In this document: positions 55,315 to 64,000 of the stretch, piece by piece
Numbering within the stretch: position 1 is the first letter of the stretch
Layout of the letters: every line of letters starts with the position of its first letter
Assembly: GCA_965287045.1 (NCBI GenBank)
Contig: OZ336889.1
Span: forward strand, 26,412,001-26,476,000
Direction of reading: 5' to 3'
Origin: Carcharhinus amblyrhynchos
Taxonomy: Eukaryota
Length of the DNA: 64,000 nt
Notes under the pieces: model-generated
Told to the model about the DNA's origin: nothing
Databases searched by the model: none
Seen by the model: only the letters and a program-made list of their open reading frames with translations
Program-made: the position numbers and the translations under genes

Positions 55315-55522
55315 GTCTGTGTGGAGTTTGCACATTCTCCGTGTGTGTGTGTGATTTCCTCTGGGTGCTCCAGTTTCCTCCCACAGTCTGAAAGACATGC
55401 TGTTAGGTGCATTGACCCGAACAGACATGGGACTGTTGTGGCTACAGGAATTTCACAGTAATTTCACTGCAGTGTTAATGTAAGCCTTACTTGTGACAAA
55501 TAAACTTTAACTTTTAACTTTA
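54808..55522 (+). mobile_element. Rearranged V-SINE-like SINE with inverted head and a ~425-bp internal insertion
   Basis: Head inverted at 54808-54834; GCCAGGGACCCAGGTTCAATTCCTGGCTTGGGTCA at 54851-54885 resumes as GTCTGTGTGGAGTTTGCACATTCTCC at 55315; (AACTTT)n tail. Confidence 0.85.
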
Positions 55523-55859
55523 GCTAATCAGCTGAAGGAAGGCGGTACAGAGTTGAGACCAGTCATAATCTGCTGAGGGATTCACCCCAGCCCCATAAGG
55601 AGGTCAGCAAGGCAATGGGGAACTTGGTATTTGATGAAATACCCTTGGACTGCACAGGTGGCAAGGAGAGTGGGCACTCAATGTCAGGCACTGAATGGGG
55701 TCATTATTCCTCTGGAATCGTGGGGCAGAAGGAAAGCCTGCCAATCACAGTAAAGTGGCCAACTGTTCAAAAAGAAGGCTGCAGCTGGCAACGGCAGCAC
55801 AACTCTCAGATTTTGGTCCCAGTTTCAATAAGGGGCAACATTCTCTGCAGGAAGGATGG

Positions 55860-56175
55860 AACACCAAACAGCAGCAGGGCAAGAGAGAGAAATGCAAGGC
55901 TGAAAGGCAAGGAGGGCCATATCCTCACCACAGAATCTACCATCAAAGAATGGGATTTTCCATCTCGCCCCGAATTTGGAAATTCCCGCAGAGGTCAATG
56001 GATCTTTACGTTATCCGCAACCGCCGTGGCAGGCAGAATGGGAAAACTCTGCGCCACAGAAGACTACAATGCTCCAGACACCTAGTCACCAATGTCTGTG
56101 GCTTCATCACCAAGGATCCCACACATCGCAGCACTGGTTGCCATGCCCTGCCAGAGGCCATCAAGGTGACCAAAA
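55860..56175 (+). mobile_element. PIF/Harbinger transposase N-terminal relic with a MITE-like insertion at about 55950-56052
   Basis: GGPYPHHRIYHQRM ... RRLQCSRHLVTNVCG ... HALPEAIKVT resembles HARBI1-type nuclease N-termini from memory; no DDE core visible. Confidence 0.5.
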
Positions 56176-56610
56176 TACCTGTAAGAACTCACAATAGTAC
56201 TTCCACAAAGTTTGCATTGGGCAAAATTATGTCAGAAGTACCATATGCACAAGATGTGAAGCTGGCGCTATGGTATACCATCATTTGTGGAGGATTCCCA
56301 CATTTGAGACTGCAAGTTCAGCAAAGAAAGAAAAAGAGGGGCCATTAACGGCTCTAAAAGCAGTTCAAAGTACATAACGGATATAAAATCAGCCAAGAGG
56401 CTGATTGTCGTGAAGATCTACCTATTCTCTCTGCGTGTTTCTGGCGCATGCACAACACATTCGCATTAGTGCCCTGGCAATCAGGGCACATTGCAGGGGC
56501 TGCACCAGAGGTGGCTGGAACTGTTCTAGATGTCAGTTTTTTACCTTTTGGCACTTTTGTAGCTCTGACATCAACAATGTTAAGGAGCCCAAATGTTTTT
56601 GCACTAGAGT

Positions 56611-57541
56611 CATAGACGATCTGGAGGAGGGGGATGTGTAGGGTAACGAAATTTGCTGATGACACGAAGATGAGTGGAAAAGCAAATTGTGCGGAAGGTG
56701 CAGAAAGTCTGCAGAGAGATCTGGATAGGCTGAGTGAGTGGCAGATGGAGTATAATGTTAGCAAATGTGAGGTTATCCACTTTGGTAGAAATGATAGTAG
56801 GAGTGATTATTATTTAAAGGGCGAAAAGCTGCAGCATACTACGGTGCAGAGGGACCTGGGGGTCCTTGTGCACAAATTGCAGAAACCCAGTCTGCAGGTG
56901 ATCAAGGAGGACAATGGAATGTTGGCCTTTATAGTGAGGGGGATAGAATATAAAAGCAAGGAGGTCTTGCTGCAACTGTACAGGACACTGGTGAGGCCGC
57001 AACTGGAGTACTGTGTGCAGTTTTGGTCGCCGCATTTGTGAAAGAATATATTGGCCTTGGAGGGAGTGCAGAGAAGGTTCACTAGGCTGATAATGTAGAT
57101 GAGGGGGTTAGCCTATGAGGAGAGATTGAATAGACTGGGTCTGTACTCGTTGGAGTTTAGAAGGCTGAGGGGGGATGTTATAGAGACATATAAGATAATG
57201 AAGGGGCTAGATAGGGTAGAGGTAGAGAGATTCTTCCCGCTCAGAAAGGATAGCAGAACTAGAGGGCACAGCCTCAAAATAAGGGGGGGCAGTTTAGATC
57301 TTCACTCAAAGGGTGGTGAGTCTCTGGAATTCTCTGCCCATTGAAGTGGTGGAGGCTACCTCGCTGAATATATTTAAGTCACGGGTAGATAGGTTTCTGA
57401 TAGACAGGGGAATTAATGGTTATGGGGAGAAAGCGGGAAAGTGGAACTGATCCACTTCAGATCAGCCATGATCTTGTTGAATGGCGGGGCAGGCTTGAAG
57501 GGCAAGAAGGCCTACTCCTGCTCCTATTTCTTATGTTCTTA
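56611..57541 (+). mobile_element. CR1 LINE 3' fragment
   Basis: TKFADDTKMSG, LVRPQLEYCVQFWSPHL and YEERLNRLGLYSLEFRRLRGD; (TTCTTATG)n tail. Confidence 0.93.
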
Positions 57542-57979
57542 AGTCAGCTGGAATAGTGAACTTACTATGTGGGAGAAACATACTGAACATCTATAATCCT
57601 GTTACTCTGTTGTGCATCAATCCTGTTTCACAAGGCTCTCTACACTTTATTTCATCCCCAGTAACAGGGTGACCAACTCTTCACATGATTCCCCAACAGA
57701 AAGATTGACTAAATAGCTCCCACTCAACTTCTGAAAACACCACACTTGAACTGCCCACCTGAAAGATTGCACGATCAACCCTCCCCTCCCCATGGCTTCA
57801 GTAGCCGCTACAGGGAGATTGCCCAATTCTGCATTGCAGTACTGCCTCCTGCTGAGGTCAATTTTGTTTTGATGTAGCAGGTAGAATTTCAATTTTGCAA
57901 GAAGTTGTGAAGAACACTGGAACTCCCCACATTTCAACATCGCATTTGTGTTTGTTGGAAATATTGTTATACTGTTAAA

Positions 57980-58200
57980 ATGGGTGTCACTGGCTAGGCC
58001 AGCATTTACTGCCATCCCTCATTGCCCTTGAGAAGTTAGCGGTGAGCTGCCTTCTTGAACCACCACACTCCCTGTGGTGTAGGCACACCCACTGTGCTGC
58101 TGGGGAGAGAGTTCCAAGATTTTGACCCAACAACAGTGACGCAATATTTCCAAGTTGGGATGGTGAGTGACTTGGAGGGGCACTTCCAGGTGGTCGTGCA
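57980..58200 (-). mobile_element. 3' tail of the CR1/L2-group LINE (a similar piece lies at 31418-31565)
   Basis: GGCTAGGCCAGCATTTACTGCCATCCCTCATTGCCCTTGAGAAG, the reverse complement of the 13130 tail. Confidence 0.7.
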
Positions 58201-61200
58201 AATACCTTATCAAGTAACTAGCAGCACCTGAAACACAATAAGGTGAAACTTTGTGCTATGATCAAACGATCGTTAAATACAGATCTATCTATGTAGCACT
58301 CCTTCAGTAATACACAAGAATGTCAGCCTTGATTTTTGTGTTCAACTTGGACCTACAGTCTTTTGAGACAGAGGCTCAAATGCTACCAACTGACCCACAG
58401 TTAACAAGTCCTTGCATACGGTGCTCAAAAATAAAGAATTGTTAATATAAAAGGAGCAATATTTGGTACATCAAACACTGGGGGATGGGGGGGACCCTAT
58501 AGTTCATTAAACTGCAAAACTCAAAAAGGGTAACATATTAATCTTATTATAAAACAAGCTTCAAAGGTGCATTCCAATTATACTTCATTACATGTAATGT
58601 ATATCCCTTGAGTTACTAAGTCTCACCATAAAAATAGGAAGCAAACAGTTGTTGTGATAAATGATGTGTTTGTGATGTGAAGGAAATAAGTCTGGCTGCT
58701 TAGAGGTACACAAAAGCCTCAGAGTTCACCCTTCAAAGTTTTCAGCTTACAGCACAGCAGTGGCTCTGAAGTTGTCTTGTGGTTTTTATACTTCACATTT
58801 TCAGCAGTAACCTCCATAAACTGAAATAATGGAAGGCCAACCCTGCAGATGATGGAATTGGAAAGCCCCCACATTTTGGTGTCAGGCCTAAAGTATGAAA
58901 ATGAAGGAGTCTGTTAATCAAGGAGCATTTGATGAATAATACAAGTCGTCCCAGTCCAGAAAGAAATTTAATCCCTCACTTTATGTTTTGCTCCCTGGAT
59001 TAGTGTGTGAAATGATGCTACAGCAATCGCTATAATAAAGGAAAGATATTAAAAAGGAAGGTGTGCAAGAGAGTATAAAAAAATCAATTAACTTTGAAAA
59101 TGTTTAGCAAAATGTTGGATATTCAATTCACTATTGCTGTACAAATATTGGATCTGAAGTAGGAACATTCTAAATATAGATTTAATTTGGATAATTTGCT
59201 AGGTACAAGTTGAGCCTCCAAAAATGGGGGTCATTTTATGCATCAGGTATAAAATATGAGCTGCTGCTAGTGTGGGTGGTCACTAGTTTGATATGTGCAA
59301 TAAAATAACGCTGGTAAGTTAGTGTGGCATGGTCTATTGCATGAATTAATTGTACAAAGGTACCTTTAGCCACAATCAAAGTATTTTTAAATTAATTGTC
59401 GGTGGCATCCAATGCAGAGTTCAGCAAATTCATTCTGAGTAACTGGCCATGGCATCTTCATAACAGATCTGTTTCTGGATCAGATTTTAGTTTTAGAATC
59501 ATCCCTCCACAACAAATCAACATCTTCTCCATCTACCAAACTGGATACAATAAAGTCCTCACAAAGTTGTGGTTGCGTTCCTGAAAATCATGACTTTAAG
59601 TGAAACAATAATTTTAACTGTACACTAATGCATGTGACAATAATAAATCAAATCAAATCAAAGTGATAAAAATAAAATACCCATTATTTACACTTCAGTG
59701 ATCCAACATCCCCCTTATTCACCAAAAGTTTCATGAAACAAAACCATGCGTAACTGTTATTTTTTGCTCAGCCTGCCAATGTCTCTTTGTGTGTGATATA
59801 AATCAAATTCACAGTCCAAGAAAGATCAAACCCAGTTTGCTTTCTTTTTATTGAACTTCTCCTCATTTTCCATAATTTAGTCATGAACCAAAATTTGAGG
59901 GCTTTCACTTACCTACCAAATTCCATATCCGCAGGGGTGGCTTACAGTTATTTCAGGCGGTGGAGGTTTCCACTGCAAATCCAAGTCTGTGGCTGCGATG
60001 TTTCAACAGAGCAAGTTCAGAACCACAGCTGTGTTGTAAGGTGCAAACTATAAAGGGTAAACAATGAGGTAACTTTAATCAGCCAGTTTTGTGGACGGAA
60101 GATGGAAAGAGATTGTATGCTTGGGAGAATTGGAATACGGCAAAGGCCAGACCAAGAAATAAGGAACAAGATAAATGTAAACAACATTAAGGTAATTTTT
60201 AACAGCTTTTAAGCATTGTTGGTATATGCTTCAAACTGATATATAATTTAACTTGTAAAAATAATTTTTTCATAATGGTGCCACAAACTACATTTCTTCA
60301 AGTACAAATGGAGAATCATGTTTTTCATAAAGTTGAATAATTGGATCACCATAAATTGCTAAATGTAAAATGCAGGTTTCACCTAATAAATAGGTCTAAA
60401 AGAAAGCCTTAGTCTTACATGCAGCCGCTGGTAGATATACTATTTCACAGAAAAGAAATATTTTTGCAATTAACCAGGCTTATTTATATAACATTGTATG
60501 TAGTCATTGTGTGCTTTCTGTTTGAATTTGTTCTCAGTGTGCCTGCCCTCCCTCTTCATTTATGCAAGAACTATTGGGGTAAATTAGTTTATATCTGACA
60601 TGAAGTGGCACTACAGCCAAATTAAATCCTAAACTGGCAAAGCTGCTCTGACCAAGGTCATTTTCCTTGTTTCCAAAAATACACTGATACAAATGTAACT
60701 CGAGTACTTTATTGAATGTTATATGTAGAGGGTGTATAGTTTCAAGAAAATATTTTAGGTTGATGGAATTAGATCCCATTTTTTTATTGCATATGGAATA
60801 ATGTTACTGGCAATAAATTATACTTTTTATGTAGCATAAATATTTTCTTGTCTTTGTTTTAGACCCCTAAAAAACTATACTAAATGCGAATTTGTTAAAA
60901 AAATTTTTTTTTACATTACACGAACACAGAATAACCAATAATCTGACATTATTTGAGAACTTGTTGATTAATAAGTATATTGGCAAATGTTTGCATGACT
61001 TATTAACTACAGAAAACTTAAAGTAAGCCAACGTACTTCTAACTTAATACATAATGCTTTGACACATTGTAATTGTCTACACTTCTTAGTAACAACTGAC
61101 ATGGATATATACATTCCTTTTATTTGTACAAGAATAAAGTGAAATCACAAAGCTTTGGGCATTTAACCTAGTTTCTATTGGACATTTTTTTTAAACTTAA

Positions 61201-61477
61201 ATGTAGTAAGGTAACTTGATGGTAGTACTCTTCATTCTTTAACTCACTCTGCACGTTCCAACAATAAGGTCAACATAACAACCGGGAGATTCCCATCCCT
61301 TTGAGGCCTTTTTCAGACAGTGCCAAATGGCTTCCTCCATTTTTCTATATTATATATAGAGCCTCTTTCCACTTATAGCCATCTTCAAGTCTTTTCTCAC
61401 CTAGACAGCAATATGTAGAAGGAAAAGCAAAGAGACCAACATAGGAACAAATTGGTCGTTCTAATTTACACTATATG

Positions 61478-61610
61478 AACTGTGGTGGACAGAAAAATCC
61501 ACGCAGACACAGGGAGAACGTGCAACTTCCACATAGACAGTGACCCAAGCCAGGAATCGAACCCGGGGTCACTGGCGCTGTGAAGCAGCAGTGCTAATCA
61601 TTGTGCCACC
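61478..61610 (-). mobile_element. HE1/V-SINE-like 5' half
   Basis: GACAGTGACCCAAGCCAGGAATCGAACCCGGG...GCAGCAGTGCTAATCATTGTGCCACC. Confidence 0.8.
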
Positions 61611-62346
61611 AGAAAAGGTCCAGCTCTCACTTGAAGAAATTCAGCAAATCAGCATCTCCGACACATCAGGAGTCTGCTATTCTTTGGGCAAATAACTTAA
61701 TTCCTCACATTTAATCTTGATCTGGTCCAGTACATATTTGAATGGTTACACTGGTTCCTCTTGACCTAATTTAACTGTTGTCTTGAACAGAATTACAGAA
61801 AAGAGCACAATCTATTTCCTTCACACTAACCACAAACACGTCACACTAATGTCTACAGTTCTTGAAAGTGTAAAATCCAAGCTATTTTACCTTACTTTAA
61901 TAGTGAAAATACTTCAAGCTGGGAGTTCATCTAGTTATTTGCCTCTGCATAAGACCCAAAGCCTCAATATTACTATAAATCAGCAGCTTAAGTAATACTT
62001 AGGTATATTAAATACCTGATAATAACTGCATTTTAATTTGTGAGATGTAAAACCCAAACTAGGTAATCACAGTTGGACATGTCACAAGATAACTTGCAAT
62101 AAAAGAACGAAACAATATATAGAAAGGAATTTAACACTTTTTGTTTACATCTCTCCCACAAGGAGGGAATAAGGGTCACATTTCCCTCCCTTCTCAGGGA
62201 TGGGTGCACAACATTGGGCTACTTCTTTGCAGACGAGGTACAATTTTAGTACAGTTATGCAGAAGACTCTGTTACATAGTCAACTATGTCTCAATTACAT
62301 AATCCACCTCACTGTGTCTATATATGGACCCAGCCAGTGGGTCCAT

Positions 62347-63360
62347 AATTTGTTACACTTCACTGACAGCACAATGCTGGCTTACTTGGAACCTGACATT
62401 ACCGTCATACCTTCTGGTTTCCCTGTATATGTTCTACCAAGCTAGTTATATCATCCTGTAATTTAAGCATAAGTTTCAGTCCTCATCAGTGATTTCTGCT
62501 GACTACGTCTCTCCGATTATCGTCAATAGCTAATTGTAGCTTCTTAGGATTCTCCCTGGAATTTGCAGACATTATGACAGTAAACAGTTAGCCATCTGAA
62601 TCTGATTATATCTTTAGGATATAGTGCATGTACAGATTCAGGGAAATCTTGAAATCTCACCTATTATTCACTGCTTTGCCACAGGCTATGCTGTGGATGA
62701 CCCCACAGAGCTGGCAAATGGCAAAATCAATGAATTAGTAAAACATTCCCTTTTTCGTTCTCATATTGCGATGAGGAACACCATAAAAAGTTAAGTCTTG
62801 TTTCATGAAATGCCAGAATTTTTAATGGTGATCAGAGTAATAACTATTGCCAGCAATTGATGTGGGCCTTAAAAAACATTTTCTTTGGTGGAACATTGTT
62901 AAATATCTAAGTTAGCATTAAATACTAGATATTTTAAATAATTATTTTTTAAAAGTTTGTTCAAGATATTTCAGTTTCTACTTTACGTGTATGCTCCTAT
63001 CTTAGGTCAAACAAAGCATGCTCTCCTTGAATGACAAAAGAGATAGCGAGTAAGATGAAATACAAAAGATGTGTATGTCACGGGCTGTTGGCAGAATCAG
63101 AAACACAGCAAAAATCACTGATGAGGACCAAACCATTGAATTCCTACAGTGCAAGAGGTGGCCATTCGGTTCACTGAGGCCCGCCCTTCCCCATAATCCT
63201 GCACATTTATCATGGCAGCCACCTAACCTACATATCTTTGGAACTGAAACATATACTTAAAGAATGATATAAACATATGAAGGAAAACCAGAAAAGCAGG
63301 AATGACAGTAAATGCCAGATTCCAAGTAAGCATTGTGTAGTCAATGAAGTGTAACAAGTT
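62347..63360. repeat. Old inverted duplication with arms about 62347-62530 and 63084-63360; the right arm holds a SINE fragment at about 63130-63243
   Basis: Collinear reverse-complement anchors AAATCACTGATGAGGAC, TTCCAAGTAAGC and TGAAGTGTAACAA. Confidence 0.8.
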
Positions 63361-63399
63361 CTGAATGCTCTGGGGGTTATCCAATTGATGTATGCATGT

Positions 63400-64000
63400 T
63401 GAATATGCAAGTAAGAAAGCTGCTGAATATAGAAAGTTCAGAGGTGGGGGGGGGGGGAAGTGAAGACAGAAATTAGAGGCCGAGAGAGTCTGAGAAGAGA
63501 TTGGCAGCTCACATAAAAGTAAATCCAAGTCTTCTATAGGCACATGAATTGTAAAAGGATGGTAAAAAGAAGCTGATTAGGTACCAAAAATTGAAATACC
63601 ACATTGAGGCAACGGGCATGGCTGAGATTAAAAATTACTACTTTGGATCGGTCTTTACCAAGGAAGATGATGCAGCCAAAGTTATAGTAAAAAAAAAGTT
63701 GAGAAACAGGATGGGCTAAAAATTTATAAAGAGGAGGTATTAGGCAGGTTGGCTGTACTAATGTCAGTAAGTCACCAGAACCAGATCAAATGCATCCGAG
63801 GACAGTGAGCAAAGTAAGGGTCAAAATTGCAGAGGTACTGGCCATAATCTTACAATTCTTCTTTGATTTAGGGGCAGTGCCTGAAGTATAAAGAGAAGCC
63901 CAGCCAATCAGTTTAATCTCAGTAGTGGCAAAGCTTTTGGAAATGATAATCTGAGATAAACTTATCACCTGGACAAATGTGGATTAATTAAGGAAAGTTT
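63400..64000 (+). mobile_element. Degenerate CR1 LINE running off the window
   Basis: K.FYRH.N.KR, MAE....YF.SVFT.E and KSP.PD.MHPR DNA remnants. Confidence 0.75.

Noticed and set aside
55615-56348. Overlapping 156-217 aa ORFs as a novel gene
   Set aside because: Better explained as a Harbinger transposase relic with a MITE insertion; there is no catalytic core or exon structure.
40403-61610. tRNA genes suggested by A-box and B-box motifs
   Set aside because: All are SINE heads that continue into SINE bodies and LINE-like tails.
57600-64000. Coding exons of the expected neighbour IFT81
   Set aside because: No matching peptide found, and a candidate segment at 61631-61765 has stops in all frames.

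Overview
Eukaryotic vertebrate DNA, most likely a shark or other elasmobranch, judged from the repeat families I recognise (HE1/V-SINE-like, DeuSINE, CR1/HER1-like LINE, Penelope-like, Harbinger relics). It has two assembly gaps (308-629, 15596-16221). The only protein-coding gene I can support is the 5' end of ATP2A2 (SERCA2 Ca2+-ATPase) on the minus strand: promoter near 36770-36900 and coding exons 1-5 of 118, 18, 83, 105 and 139 nt, all with GT-AG sites and matching my recollection of the mammalian exon sizes. Exon 6 onward appears to lie left of the window. The promoter keeps a TATTA box and a CCAAT-N9-CCACA ER-stress element with an overlapping CACATG E-box. The rest is intronic or intergenic DNA dense in transposon fragments. 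The most unusual signal is a recurrent set of locally templated inverted duplications: two SINEs carrying inverted copies of nearby DNA (50 bp and ~425 bp), an older inverted duplication near 62.3-63.4 kb, and small snap-back hairpins inside LINEs. There is also a TSD-flanked fold-back Penelope-derived element with two hammerhead-like cores about 0.8 kb upstream of the promoter. There are no prokaryotic systems and I found no clear novel multi-gene system. Repeat boundaries and identities are by-eye estimates and family names come from recalled consensus sequences.
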